This document shows, one piece after another, positions 1 to 13,329 of a DNA stretch of 48,373 bases. Location: contig CAOJCV010000001.1 in assembly GCA_948432605.1 (NCBI GenBank), forward strand, positions 1 through 48,373, in the 5' to 3' direction. The number at the start of each line of letters is the position of its first letter. Within the stretch, counting starts at the first letter, position 1. A model generated the notes under the pieces. The model was given only the letters and a program-made list of their open reading frames with translations, was not told where the DNA came from and did not search any database. The position numbers and the translations under genes were made by a program. The DNA is from an uncultured Mycoplasmatota bacterium. Its GTDB lineage: Bacteria; Bacillota_I; Bacilli_A; RF39; UBA660.

Positions 1-45
1 CTTTTGATAAATATCTATTTTATCTTCATAACTCAATTTACTCAT
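1..45 (-). CDS. 5' end (15 codons, MSKLSYEDKIDIYQK) of a gene running off the left edge; the N-terminus resembles small HTH / IS3-family OrfA-type proteins
   Basis: ATG at 43-45 on the minus strand, preceded by AAGAAAGG (53-60). Only 15 codons are visible, so the product call is weak. Confidence 0.3.
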   Translation of the reverse strand, partial: MSKLSYEDKIDIYQK

Positions 46-137
46 ATAAAAACCTTTCTTATGTCCAAGAAACGGGGTTCATATCACTTTTGCAATGTAG
101 CAAAATAATTTAATTAATTTTTTTATAATTTAAAATT

Positions 138-776
138 TTAATCTATTAATGTTGTTACTTTAGCTATTTCTTCTTTCTTTATTTTGCCTTCCCTTATAAT
201 AATTGCTTTTTCATTTTTTATTTCCACAATCGTGGAAGTAATATCATTACTTACATTTCCACTATCTAAAATATAATCCACTTTACCATTTAATTCATTC
301 ATAATATTTTCTATGTTTATTCCTGTAGGATTTCCAGAAAGATTTGCACTTGGCGCTACAAGAGGAACCCCTGCTGTTTTAATAAGATTATAGGCAAATC
401 CATCATTTAAAAGTCTAACTCTAACGAATTCATCTCCTGCAGAGATAATATCTGGTAAAACATTTTCCTTTTTTTTAAATTTTATTGTTAGTGGTCCAGG
501 CCAAAATGCATCAATTAGTTTTTTTTCTATCGGGCTAATGCAATCTACCATTTTTTTTAACATGGATAAATCTGAAATCAATACACATAATGGTTTTTGC
601 ATAGGTCTTCCTTTTATTTCATACACTTTTTTACAGGCTTCTTTATCAAATACATTTGTTCCAATTCCATATACTGTATCAGTCTTAAAAACTATGATTT
701 TTCCATCCTTTATGGCATTTGATATTTCAATCATAATATTGTCATCTATATCTTTTTCTTTTATATACTTTGTCAT
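138..776 (-). CDS. tsaC: L-threonylcarbamoyladenylate synthase (Sua5/YwlC/TsaC family)
   Basis: 212-aa ORF with family-typical segments KTDTVYGIG, PLTIK and PSANLSGNP. AGGAAGTGA RBS upstream. Confidence 0.85.
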   Translation of the reverse strand: MTKYIKEKDIDDNIMIEISNAIKDGKIIVFKTDTVYGIGTNVFDKEACKKVYEIKGRPMQKPLCVLISDLSMLKKMVDCISPIEKKLIDAFWPGPLTIKFKKKENVLPDIISAGDEFVRVRLLNDGFAYNLIKTAGVPLVAPSANLSGNPTGINIENIMNELNGKVDYILDSGNVSNDITSTIVEIKNEKAIIIREGKIKKEEIAKVTTLID

Positions 777-1039
777 TTTAAAATTTCACTTCCTAGTTAT
801 TTTATTATAACAGGTTTTGCCAGAAAAATTAGTCTATTATTAATATAGGTAGATAAAATTTGTAAAATAGTAAATTGACAGTAGGATAATTTTTATAAAT
901 TCCTATAATCCCATCAATATTTTCTTTTGAAATACATTTTCTATCTGTGGAACTATTATAATTTTAAATCCTTAGTTATTTTTATTTTTTTAATTTAAAG
1001 CTTAGTAAAAAAAAGAAGTTTTGCATTTTCTTCTTTCTT

Positions 1040-3184
1040 CTATGATTCTTGATAATCTAATCGTTTGTTATATTTATGAATTAAATTTCTGATATTTCTT
1101 AATCCAAACTTTTCAATGTCTGCTTCTTTTAATATTTCAGCCATTGTTATTTTTTCATTTTTTAGATTTTTTTGAATATATTCTTTAGCTATCGATTCTG
1201 AAATATTTTCATATTCTATTACTTTATCTATTCTTCCTAATAATTCTTTTGACAAGATACTATCAAAGGAAGCGTTTGTTTTTGCATCAAATCCAACACT
1301 CTTTTTTCCCATTACATTGCTCGTTAGAAAAATAAATGTATGGTCAAATCTAATTTTATTTCCTTTACGATCAGTTATAAATCCTTCATCTAATATTTGT
1401 AATAATAGATTTAATACTTGAGGATGGGCTTTTTCTATTTCATCAAATAAAATAGTAGAAAATGGATTATCTCTTAATGTTTCAAATACATAAGTATCTT
1501 CATATCCTATGTATCCAGCTGGAGATCCTAGTAATTTATTGATGCTTTCTAAACTTGAATATTCACTCATATCAACGCGAATTAAATTTGTTTTTAATGT
1601 TTCACTGACAATTTTTACTGTTTCAGTTTTGCCCACTCCACTTCCCCCAACAAGTAAAAAACTTGTCCCTTTTTGTTTAGGGCATTCCATAACGTCTAGT
1701 AAGTCATTTAATGCTTTTTTCTGACCTAAAATAGAGTTGAATAGATTATTTTTTAATTCTTCTATTTTTTCTTTTTGGTTTTTACGAATACATGATTTTG
1801 TTTTTATTTCTATCATCTCTAATATATCATCAGAGGTTAGTAATATTTCAGCTTGGGTATTGTTGTCTTCCAATTCTTTTTTTGCTTGAATTTCTAATGT
1901 AGCTTCATAAATTGCAGATTCATAGTCTCCTAATTTTACACATTTTTCTTTTCTTTTTTTAATTTTTTCAATTTCAAATGGGGTCTTTTTTCTATTTTTT
2001 TCAGTATGTTTTAGTTTTACTCTTGCACATACAGAATCAATTAATTCTATCGTTTTATCTGGATTACATTTTGAAAATAAATATTCTTCACTTATATCGT
2101 AAAAATCATTTAAATTTTCATCTGTTAACTTTATGCCATAATGAGTTTCTAAATTTGGTCTTAGTGTTTCTAAAATTAGCATCATTGTTTCTTTATCAGG
2201 TTCTTCTATCATAATACGTTCAAATCTTCTATCTAAAGCTTTATCTTTTTCTAGAAATTGATGATACTCTTCTAAAGTTGTAGCTCCTATAATTTTGATA
2301 TCGCCACGCGCTAAATAAGGTTTTAATATATCTGCGGCAGCAATTGCCCCTTCTGCACCTCCAGCATTAACCATGGTATGAATTTCATCAATAAATAAAA
2401 TTATGTTTCCTGAATTTTTGACTTCTTTTATGATCTTGTGTAATCTTTCTTCAAATTCTCCTCGATACTTTGTTCCAGCTACTAATGCTCCCATCTCTAA
2501 CATAACTATATCTGTATTCCAAAGCTCTTCTGGAACATTGCGATATTTTATTCGTCTTGCAAGTTCTTCTATCAATGCTGTTTTTCCAACTCCTGCTCTG
2601 CCAATTAATAGTGGATTATTCTTCTGCCTTCTTATTAACGTTTCTATGATATGAGTCATTTCATTTTCTCTACCAACTATTTTTTCATTTTTTGTGGCTG
2701 AGTCAGTTAGTGATATTCCTATTTTTAAGACTTCTAAATTTTTGCTTCTTGTTTCTTTAGGTAATACATTTTTTTTCAATTTTTGATATATCTCATCTAC
2801 TGAAATATCTAATGAAATCAAAATACGAAAAGCTACTCCTTCGCCTTCTTCTAATAAAGCTAGAAATAAATGACTTGGTGTGATGACTCCTTTATTATTT
2901 TCACTTGCATCCATTCCTGCTAGTTCAATAATTCTTTTTAACATTGGTGTATAAAGATTCAATTCTTGTTCTTTACTTGCTTGACCTACGATATCTATTA
3001 ATTCATTTTTAAAACTATTGTAAGTTATATTATATTCTTTTAAAAGATTAGAAACTTCATTTTCTTTTTTCAAAATAGCCAAGAATAAGTGTTCTGTTCC
3101 TACATATGGATGTCGTAACTCAAACCTTATTTCTTCTGCTTTTTTTAAAATTGTTGATACTTCATAACCAAAATTATGAAACAT
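1040..3184 (-). CDS. clpC: Clp/Hsp100 AAA+ ATPase, ClpC-like
   Basis: 714 aa. N-terminal Clp_N repeats, two Walker A motifs (GRAGVGKT, GGSGVGKT), a UVR-like linker, and a VGF tripeptide consistent with a ClpP-docking loop. AAGGAGG RBS. Confidence 0.8.
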   Translation of the reverse strand: MFHNFGYEVSTILKKAEEIRFELRHPYVGTEHLFLAILKKENEVSNLLKEYNITYNSFKNELIDIVGQASKEQELNLYTPMLKRIIELAGMDASENNKGVITPSHLFLALLEEGEGVAFRILISLDISVDEIYQKLKKNVLPKETRSKNLEVLKIGISLTDSATKNEKIVGRENEMTHIIETLIRRQKNNPLLIGRAGVGKTALIEELARRIKYRNVPEELWNTDIVMLEMGALVAGTKYRGEFEERLHKIIKEVKNSGNIILFIDEIHTMVNAGGAEGAIAAADILKPYLARGDIKIIGATTLEEYHQFLEKDKALDRRFERIMIEEPDKETMMLILETLRPNLETHYGIKLTDENLNDFYDISEEYLFSKCNPDKTIELIDSVCARVKLKHTEKNRKKTPFEIEKIKKRKEKCVKLGDYESAIYEATLEIQAKKELEDNNTQAEILLTSDDILEMIEIKTKSCIRKNQKEKIEELKNNLFNSILGQKKALNDLLDVMECPKQKGTSFLLVGGSGVGKTETVKIVSETLKTNLIRVDMSEYSSLESINKLLGSPAGYIGYEDTYVFETLRDNPFSTILFDEIEKAHPQVLNLLLQILDEGFITDRKGNKIRFDHTFIFLTSNVMGKKSVGFDAKTNASFDSILSKELLGRIDKVIEYENISESIAKEYIQKNLKNEKITMAEILKEADIEKFGLRNIRNLIHKYNKRLDYQES

Positions 3185-3377
3185 AAAAAATCCTCCTTAT
3201 TCATTCTATGATATTTATGGAAATTTTAAAATAGTTTTATTCTAAAAAGAATGTAAAAAAAAGAAAAATTTTGAAAGATATTTTTTTCTTTTCATAATAC
3301 CCCTCCCTTTTAGAACATACAATCATAATCTAGGGATTAGTTTTTTTTTAAACTTAAAATAAAATATAGGTGGTGTT

Positions 3378-3851
3378 ATGTCTAAATTACTTGAAAATAA
3401 TCTTAGACTAGAAGATCTGAGATTAGATCTTAATTTAAAGCAAGGTGATGTTGCTAATTTTTTAAACGTTAAGAGAAATACTTATTCAAAATGGGAAAAT
3501 TGTATTAATGATATGCCTTTAGAAATGTGTATTGAGCTTGCTAGTTTTTATCACGTATCTCTCGATTATTTATTAGGACTTTCTAGTTTTAGTGAACCTT
3601 TTGAAAATGAAGTTGATATAAAAAATCTTCCAAGAAAGCTTAGAAGTGAGAGAAAATCTAAATCTTTTACGCAAGAAGAGGTTGGTAAAAAAATTGGTTT
3701 TTCACAGCGAGCTTATTCTAACTACGAAACTGGTTCTCGAAGAATTACAACATTGAAATTATTAGCTATTGCTCAATTTTTTAATATTTCTATGGATTAT
3801 TTAGTCGGGCGTTCTTCTTATAAAGAGTTAAGAAAAAAAGTAACTATTTGA
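3378..3851 (+). CDS. XRE-family transcriptional regulator with two tandem HTH_3 domains
   Basis: Two repeats of the pattern LKQ..VA..L.V.R.TYSKWE ... SLDYLLG / SMDYLVG. AGGTGGTG RBS. Confidence 0.75.
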   Translation: MSKLLENNLRLEDLRLDLNLKQGDVANFLNVKRNTYSKWENCINDMPLEMCIELASFYHVSLDYLLGLSSFSEPFENEVDIKNLPRKLRSERKSKSFTQEEVGKKIGFSQRAYSNYETGSRRITTLKLLAIAQFFNISMDYLVGRSSYKELRKKVTI

Positions 3852-3861
3852 TATTTAATTG

Positions 3862-3889
3862 AAAAAAATCACAGCAAAGTGATTTTTTT
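3862..3889. terminator. Bidirectional rho-independent terminator between convergent genes
   Basis: Stem AAATCAC / GTGATTT (3866-3872 / 3879-3885), flanked by an A-run and a T-run. Confidence 0.7.
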
Positions 3890-5336
3890 ATAAATATGTT
3901 AATAAAGTAAATATAACTAATAAACATATAAACATTCCGACAACGAATTTCCAAATATATCCCATCCATTTCTTATAAGGTATATCCATATAAGAAAGAC
4001 CGAATAATAAGAAAATGCTAATAGGCGTAATGAATTGAACAAGTCCATGTATTAATGTAAAGATTAAATACATGATATTTGCTTCTTCTTCAGCAAAACT
4101 TGTTATATAGTAGCTTAGTGAGAATCCTACATATGCAAGATCACTATTAAAGAACCCAGCAATTAAGGCTTGTAAACTAGCTACAAATGGATTAAATGAA
4201 TCTGTTAATTTTCCTAATTCGTTTATGATTGTTGGTACAATTGGTGACCAATATAATACGATAAAAATCATATATGCAAAAATTAGGAATGCTGTTGGTT
4301 TAGCTATTTTTTTCATACCTTCCCATGCATTTGAAAAAAAGTCATTTAATTTCATTTTTGAAACTATTGCTACAAATAATGTTACAAATGCTATGACAAC
4401 GATATAGTTAAATAAATACCATTTTCCAAATTCTACTACAATGTCAGCTTCAATATTAGGTATTATGATACCAAATATATTTCTGAATACTTCAAATTCG
4501 CCTATTGTTACACCTAATATTTTTTCATGGAAATTTGAAAATACTTCTATATCAAAAATATCCCATGAAACATATGCTAATATCATAAATACTAGCAATG
4601 TTACAAATGCAACAACAGTCGGCCATATCTTTTTATTTTTCTTTTTTGGTTCTTCTACGGCAAATACATCATCTTCTTTTTCTTCTTTTGCTTTTTTAGC
4701 TTCTTTTTTCATTAAAGCTAATAAGATGATACTATGTAGCATATAACCAAGAATTAAAATTCCAATACGCACAGTAAGTTCAGTAGTCATTGTAATTTCT
4801 GAATTATATGATATGTAACTTACAAATCCTGTTAATCCTTCTGTTCCTATTGTAGCTCCTAGTAATCCTACTAACATAGCACCAAAAGTCGATGCAAAGG
4901 CTGTTAGTTTGCTTAATCCTACACGTCTTAATACTGTTACTAAAAATGGCATGAATATTAATAATGCTATAGTATTATTTAATATAGATGTTAATAGTGC
5001 AGTAAGCAATGATACTCCAAGTACTACTCCTGTTTCTTTTCCTTTCCCAAATTTTGCTAAGCGTGCTACAAGTGCTTTGTATCCTTCTGTATGGCTAATA
5101 ACTCCATAAAAAATTCCAACCATAACTAAGAATGCTATTTGCATGTAATTACTTGATATTGCAAAAGACATTCCATATCCTAAATGTACAAGACCTATTC
5201 TTAGCATTTCACCATCTGTAAAAACAGCATCTCTACCAAATGATCCTGTAGGAATAATCCAAGTTAGAATTACCACTAACAGTAATAGCATTGAAACTAA
5301 TTTTACTAGATCATGTTCTTTAAACATTTTCTTCAT
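3888..5336 (-). CDS. Polytopic membrane transporter, YfcC / C4-dicarboxylate anaerobic carrier-like
   Basis: 482 aa with more than 10 predicted TM segments. The N-terminus LTWIIPTGSF is typical of YfcC-type carriers. Strong GAAGGAGGA RBS. Confidence 0.55.
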   Translation of the reverse strand: MKKMFKEHDLVKLVSMLLLLVVILTWIIPTGSFGRDAVFTDGEMLRIGLVHLGYGMSFAISSNYMQIAFLVMVGIFYGVISHTEGYKALVARLAKFGKGKETGVVLGVSLLTALLTSILNNTIALLIFMPFLVTVLRRVGLSKLTAFASTFGAMLVGLLGATIGTEGLTGFVSYISYNSEITMTTELTVRIGILILGYMLHSIILLALMKKEAKKAKEEKEDDVFAVEEPKKKNKKIWPTVVAFVTLLVFMILAYVSWDIFDIEVFSNFHEKILGVTIGEFEVFRNIFGIIIPNIEADIVVEFGKWYLFNYIVVIAFVTLFVAIVSKMKLNDFFSNAWEGMKKIAKPTAFLIFAYMIFIVLYWSPIVPTIINELGKLTDSFNPFVASLQALIAGFFNSDLAYVGFSLSYYITSFAEEEANIMYLIFTLIHGLVQFITPISIFLLFGLSYMDIPYKKWMGYIWKFVVGMFICLLVIFTLLTYL

Positions 5337-5527
5337 TATATATCCTCCTTCACTAAGATTATAGCATAAAATATGAAAATGTTAATAAATTTAATATGAA
5401 AAATTGGTGAAAATGACTATAATTATTTCAATATCTATTGCATAATTAATTTTATTTCTTTTTCGATTTAGAAATGTAGATTTTTTTCATAATCTATGTT
5501 AAAGTAAACAGCCAAGGAGGATTTTAT

Positions 5528-6271
5528 ATGTTAAATTTATATGATGAAATTTTGATTGAAGAGGTAAACAAAGTTTCACAAGAAAAAAAGGACTTTACTT
5601 TTTTGGGTCTTTATCTTGCTAATGAGAAAAATGTTAGTGCTTTAAAAATTTTAAACTGGCTTACTGTTGCTATACAACAGAATTGGATTGCTAAGGAAAT
5701 TGATTTTAATAAAAAAAATACGGTTGTAATCAGAGATTTAGGTTCTACATATACTTTTCAAGAAAACATTCCTAGTAAATTAATTGAAAATCCAATGTAT
5801 GTTGCTAAGGAAGTTTTAGATTATATTTCTAAAACTAATAAAGTTGACTTTAATTTTAGACCTTATAAAAATTATTCTTTAAAAGAAATGCTTGCTAAAG
5901 TATTAGTTGATTTTCAAAACCCTGAATCTTCTTTTTATCAATGCGATCGCGTTGCTGAAAAAACATTAGAAATTATTTTCTATTTTTCTCAACATACCAC
6001 AATGAATATTAATAGTACTATGCAACATTTTCTTCTCACTGCAATGAAACAAGATATTCCTTTATTTTTAAAACAACTTATTGTTGATATTTTATCTAAA
6101 AGTAGTAAACCTCATAAAAAATATGCTACTCTTGTTGAAGAGAATTTAGAAGCTAAGAAAAATCTTTTGCTATTAGAACAACAACATCGTTTTATTAATG
6201 AAGTAGATTATCGATACTTTATGAATAATTTGTGTCCTAAATTAAAAAGACATGAGATTAAATTAAAATAA
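5528..6271 (+). CDS. Hypothetical protein
   Basis: 247-aa ORF with AAGGAGGA RBS. No motif recognised. Confidence 0.5.
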   Translation: MLNLYDEILIEEVNKVSQEKKDFTFLGLYLANEKNVSALKILNWLTVAIQQNWIAKEIDFNKKNTVVIRDLGSTYTFQENIPSKLIENPMYVAKEVLDYISKTNKVDFNFRPYKNYSLKEMLAKVLVDFQNPESSFYQCDRVAEKTLEIIFYFSQHTTMNINSTMQHFLLTAMKQDIPLFLKQLIVDILSKSSKPHKKYATLVEENLEAKKNLLLLEQQHRFINEVDYRYFMNNLCPKLKRHEIKLK

Positions 6272-6301
6272 CTTAGATTTTTTCTAAGTTTTTTAATTTT
6301 A

Positions 6302-6577
6302 CTAATGAGTTACTTTCTTATAATTTTTTATTCTTCCACTTACTTTTTCACATGGTTCCAGTAATTTTGCAGGAGCTATTTCAAGTGCAGTAGCGATTTC
6401 TATTAAAGTATAAACAGTTATTCCCATATGAGCATTCTCTAATAAACTCACATAATTCACAGTTTTATTAATCTTTTCTGCAAATTCTTCTTGTGTATAT
6501 CCTTTTTGTAAACGATATTTTTTCACATTGTTTCCTAAATTAATAAAATGTTTATTGTACTCCATATATTCACCCAA
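6302..6577 (-). CDS. XRE-family HTH transcriptional regulator
   Basis: HTH_3 pattern (LQKGYTQEEFAEKINKTVNYVSLLENA). The real start is probably the ATG at 6565. Confidence 0.7.
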   Translation of the reverse strand: MGEYMEYNKHFINLGNNVKKYRLQKGYTQEEFAEKINKTVNYVSLLENAHMGITVYTLIEIATALEIAPAKLLEPCEKVSGRIKNYKKVTH

Positions 6578-6712
6578 GTTAATTGTACCTAAGATGTTCT
6601 ATGTTTAACATTGAGTATGAATCAAAGTTATTGCTTACAAAGATTTTATTTTTTATTTTTAAATTAATAACATTGTACCACATTTATTACTATGTGTAAA
6701 TGTTTTGAGTTA

Positions 6713-6740
6713 TAAAAAAAAAGGAATTTTTTTTCCTTTT
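6713..6740 (-). terminator. Rho-independent terminator after asnB
   Basis: Minus strand AAGGAA-loop-TTCCTT followed by T8. Confidence 0.65.
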
Positions 6741-8578
6741 TATCTTTTTATAAAATATTCTTCGTACCATATTAAAAAGCAATATATATTATAAATTTTT
6801 CGACCATTATTTACTTTATTTTGATAATGATCTTCAAGTAATTTTAGAATATATTTTTGATCGAAAAATTTTATAACATAATCTTTTTCAAACATTGTTT
6901 TTACTTTCTTATAATATTTTTCTTCGCGTATCCATTTTGAAAATGGTACTGGAAAACCACATTTTCTTCTTTTGGCCCATTCATTTGGTATTTTGTCTTT
7001 TGATATATCGCGAAATAAATATTTTGTTTCTTTATTTTTTAATAAATATTTGTTTGGTAATGTCTTAGCAAAGTTAAAAACATCAATATCCATTAAAGGT
7101 GTTCTCAGTTCAATTGAGTGAGCCATACTCATTTTGTCAGCTTTTAGTAATATGTCTTGTGGTAACCAAAAATGAAAATCAATAAATTTTTTCTTGGTTA
7201 CTTCATCTGCTTTTTTTATTTTAGAATATACAGGTTCTAATACGTCTGATATTTTTTCATTATTTTTTAAATCTTTTGCTAATATTTTATTTGCATCCTC
7301 TGGTTCCATAAACGTTCCATGTCCAATATAACGTTCGTTAAATGGAAGGCCATATAAAATTAAAGTATTTCGTCCTGGAAAGTGTGGTAAATGCTTACAA
7401 ATATTACGTATAAATTTTCTAAAAAATAGTGGAATTTTTAAGTAAATTTTAAGTAGGGTTGGATCATTATATTCATTATATCCTGAAAACATTTCATCGC
7501 TGCCTTCTCCTGATAAACAAACCTTTACTTCTTTTCTTGTTAGTTCACTTAAAAAATATAAAGGAACAGTAGAAAGATTTGCATGAGGTTCATCTGTATG
7601 CCATTCGACTTTTGGCAAGGCATCGAAGAAATCATCTGGGCTTATTTTTTTACGATAATTTTTTATTTCTAATAAATTCGATAAATCTTTTGCTAAATCT
7701 GTTTCATCAAACCCTTCGTAAGAAAAACCAACAGAAAATGTTTTATCTGGTTTTGCAACACTTACAACATATGAAGAATCCACTCCTCCAGATAAGTAGG
7801 CTCCTACTTCCACTTCACTAGTAGTTTGATGATAATAGATTGAATCTTCTAAGATGCTTTTTAATTCATTTTTCATTTCTTCATAAGTTTTTTTTGTATC
7901 TTCCTGATAATTTAATTCAAAATAGGGTTTTATTTCTAATTCATTATTTTTATAATGAAAGTAATGTCCAGGTTTTAGTTTAAATACATTTTTAAAAAAT
8001 GTTTCTTCTTTTACAGAATATTGAAATATTAAATACATTTTTAAGGCATCTGTATTGATTTCTTTTTTAAAATTTGGGTGTACTAACATTGATTTAATTT
8101 CAGAGGCAAACATAAATTCTGAATCATTAAAGTAATAATATAACGGCTTCATTCCAAAATGATCTCTAGCACCTACTAATTCTTTTGTTTTTTTGTCATA
8201 TATGACAAATGCAAACATTCCTCTAAGACGAGGAAATAAGTCATCTTTCCATGCTTCATATCCATGTAATATTACTTCAGTATCTGTTTTTGTTCGGAAT
8301 TCATGACCTAACTTTATTAGTTCTTCTTTTAATGATTCATAATTGTATATTTCACCATTAAAAATAATTACTTTATCATTATCTTCATTCATTATCGGTT
8401 GGCATCCATTTGAAACATCAATTATTGAAAGTCTTCGATGACCTAATGCAACAACATTATCACAATAATAACCTTCTCCATCTGGTCCACGATGAATGAT
8501 TTCTTTTGCCATGTCTTTTACTATTTTTTCTTTTTCTTTGGCTTTTATTTTATCAACAAATCCTACTATTCCACACAT
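6740..8578 (-). CDS. asnB: Asparagine synthase (glutamine-hydrolysing)
   Basis: N-terminal MCGI nucleophile, RGPDG, and the SGGVDSS PP-loop motif. 612 aa. Lies 12 nt downstream of lysS, so probably co-transcribed. Confidence 0.9.
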   Translation of the reverse strand: MCGIVGFVDKIKAKEKEKIVKDMAKEIIHRGPDGEGYYCDNVVALGHRRLSIIDVSNGCQPIMNEDNDKVIIFNGEIYNYESLKEELIKLGHEFRTKTDTEVILHGYEAWKDDLFPRLRGMFAFVIYDKKTKELVGARDHFGMKPLYYYFNDSEFMFASEIKSMLVHPNFKKEINTDALKMYLIFQYSVKEETFFKNVFKLKPGHYFHYKNNELEIKPYFELNYQEDTKKTYEEMKNELKSILEDSIYYHQTTSEVEVGAYLSGGVDSSYVVSVAKPDKTFSVGFSYEGFDETDLAKDLSNLLEIKNYRKKISPDDFFDALPKVEWHTDEPHANLSTVPLYFLSELTRKEVKVCLSGEGSDEMFSGYNEYNDPTLLKIYLKIPLFFRKFIRNICKHLPHFPGRNTLILYGLPFNERYIGHGTFMEPEDANKILAKDLKNNEKISDVLEPVYSKIKKADEVTKKKFIDFHFWLPQDILLKADKMSMAHSIELRTPLMDIDVFNFAKTLPNKYLLKNKETKYLFRDISKDKIPNEWAKRRKCGFPVPFSKWIREEKYYKKVKTMFEKDYVIKFFDQKYILKLLEDHYQNKVNNGRKIYNIYCFLIWYEEYFIKR

Positions 8579-8590
8579 AGTTTTTCCTTT

Positions 8591-10051
8591 CTAATCTTTT
8601 GGTCTCATTAATGGAAATAATATTACATCTTTTATATTTTCTGAAGATGTTAATAACTGTACTATTCTATCAATTCCCATTCCCCATCCACTGATAGGTG
8701 GCATTCCATATTCCATTGCAGAAATATAATCATAATCCATTGGCATAGCTTCGTCATCACCTTGAGCTTTTAATTTTGCTTGTTCATTAAGACGTTTTTC
8801 TTGTTCAATTGGATCTACTAATTCTGAATATGCATTTATTATTTCGGCTCCGTTAATAACTAATTGGAAGCGATCTGTAATATTTTTATTTTCGTCATTT
8901 GCACGCGCTAAAGGTGATAAGCTAATTGGATGTTCTACTAAAAATACTGGTTCTACTAAATGTGGTCTTGCTACTTTTTTATATAGCTGATCTACTAAAT
9001 TTCCATATCCTAAATCTTCTAGTGGTGTTTCTGAATCTATTTCTATATTAAATTTTCTAATTTCTTTTAATAATAGTTCTTTTGTGTTTGCTATATTTAT
9101 ATCAATGGCAGCATATTTTAATATTAAATCACGGAAACTTACACTACCCCATTCTCCACTTAAATCGACACATTTATCTCCAATTTGGATTTGTAGAGTT
9201 CCAAATAATTTTTGAATAATTGTTTGTAGCATTTTTTGGAGTAAAACCATATTATCTTTATAATTTAAGTATGCTCCATATCCTTCAATCATTGTAAAAT
9301 CTTGTAGGTGAGTTGCATCCAACCCTTCATTACGGAAACATCTCGCAATTTCAAATACTTTTGTAAATCCTCCAACTATAGCTCGTTTTAAATAAGTTTC
9401 TGGGGCAATTCTTAAATATAAATCAATATCTAGCGCATTATGATGGGTAATAAATGGTTTTGCCGTAGCTCCACTTGCTTTATTATTTAAAATAGGTGTT
9501 TCTATTTCAATATAACCTATCTCATTTAAGTATTCCCTAATTTCACGAATAAATGCACTTCGAAATAAAAATTTCTTTTTTTCTTCTTCATTCATTATTA
9601 AGTCAACATATCTTTCACGATATATTAATTCTTGATCTTCTAATCCATGAAATTTCTCTGGAAGTGGTTTTAAAGCTTTTCCTAGAAATGTTATGCTATT
9701 TGCACGTATTGTTTTTTCTCCTGTATGTGTTGTAAACATTTCTCCTTCTATTCCGATAAAATCACCTAAGTCATAGTTTGTTTTAAATTCGCTGTAAGAT
9801 TCTTCTCCAATCATATCCATTTTTACAGATATTTGAATTCTTCCTCCAATATCCCCAATCGTGAGAAAACTCATTTTTCCCATTTTACGCATCAATACGA
9901 TACGACCAGCAACTCTGATTTCTGTTGTTCCATCAGGAAGATTTATTGCATCTTTTATTTCTGTATTTGTTTCAAATCTTTCTGGATAAGGATTTTTTAT
10001 ATTTTGTAATTTTTCTCTTCTTACTCTTTCTTGTTCTGTAAATTCTCTCAT
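8591..10051 (-). CDS. lysS: Lysine--tRNA ligase, class II
   Basis: 486 aa with an OB-fold N-terminus and class II motifs (FRNEG, GMGIDRL-like GMGIDRIV). Confidence 0.93.
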   Translation of the reverse strand: MREFTEQERVRREKLQNIKNPYPERFETNTEIKDAINLPDGTTEIRVAGRIVLMRKMGKMSFLTIGDIGGRIQISVKMDMIGEESYSEFKTNYDLGDFIGIEGEMFTTHTGEKTIRANSITFLGKALKPLPEKFHGLEDQELIYRERYVDLIMNEEEKKKFLFRSAFIREIREYLNEIGYIEIETPILNNKASGATAKPFITHHNALDIDLYLRIAPETYLKRAIVGGFTKVFEIARCFRNEGLDATHLQDFTMIEGYGAYLNYKDNMVLLQKMLQTIIQKLFGTLQIQIGDKCVDLSGEWGSVSFRDLILKYAAIDINIANTKELLLKEIRKFNIEIDSETPLEDLGYGNLVDQLYKKVARPHLVEPVFLVEHPISLSPLARANDENKNITDRFQLVINGAEIINAYSELVDPIEQEKRLNEQAKLKAQGDDEAMPMDYDYISAMEYGMPPISGWGMGIDRIVQLLTSSENIKDVILFPLMRPKD

Positions 10052-10290
10052 TTTTTTCTACTCACTTTCTAAAATTAAAAACAGGAATTTCATCCAATTA
10101 AGGACGAACTTTCCTGTTTAGCCCGCGGTACCACCTTACTTCATGTTTCCATGCTCTTTAAAAGTTTTAAGGGACTACTCCCATACACTCCAGTGCTTTT
10201 TTCGATAATTTTTCTTTGATAAGTTTCACCAACCCTTATCTCTCTAAAAAAGTTTAAAATTTCTACTCCACCTTCGCCGTGTTTCTAAAA
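10052..10290 (-). promoter_or_regulatory. T-box leader (tRNA-sensing transcription attenuator) upstream of lysS
   Basis: Minus-strand GGTGGTACCGCG T-box core (10124-10135). AGTA, AGAGAG and GGTGAAA stem I elements. Intrinsic terminator AAACAGGAA...TTCCTGTTTTT (10077-10119) overlaps the antiterminator. GAA-AAA-A at 10197-10203 is a plausible Lys specifier. Confidence 0.8.
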
Positions 10291-10292
10291 TG

Positions 10293-10321
10293 AATATACT
10301 AATTTTTTTTTAAATTGTCAA
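10293..10321 (-). promoter_or_regulatory. Sigma-A type promoter of the lysS T-box leader
   Basis: Minus strand TTGACA (10316-10321), 17-nt spacer, TATATT (10293-10298). Confidence 0.7.
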
Positions 10322-10341
10322 TTCTAATTTTTATTAGTAGT

Positions 10342-13255
<2,914 letters not shown>

Positions 13256-13329
13256 TTCTTTCCCTTTCTATTTGTTATATTCTTTTTTATTTTGTAACTT
13301 AAGTATTAGGTTTATACTTTTTTAAAGCC

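Noticed and set aside
1509-1724. Plus-strand ORFs of 60-140 codons lying antisense inside long minus-strand genes. Examples: 538-810, 1509-1724, 1978-2214, 2403-2654, 4225-4407, 4441-4746, 4909-5109, 7579-7821, 9553-9735, 10508-10933, 12631-12900, 14126-16248 set, 17625-17807, 21470-21745, 22098-22292, 23384-23689, 24968-25174, 25990-26410, 27096-27534, 29266-29619, 34436-34669, 37100-37306, 38545-39893 set, 43181-43375, 45884-46072, 46723-46911.
   Set aside because: Each is fully embedded opposite a gene with clear family motifs. They have low-complexity F/L/I/S-rich translations typical of shadow ORFs in AT-rich DNA, and none has a convincing RBS.
3185-3377. CtsR operator upstream of clpC.
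   Set aside because: No (A/G)GTCAAA direct repeat is present on either strand of the intergenic region.
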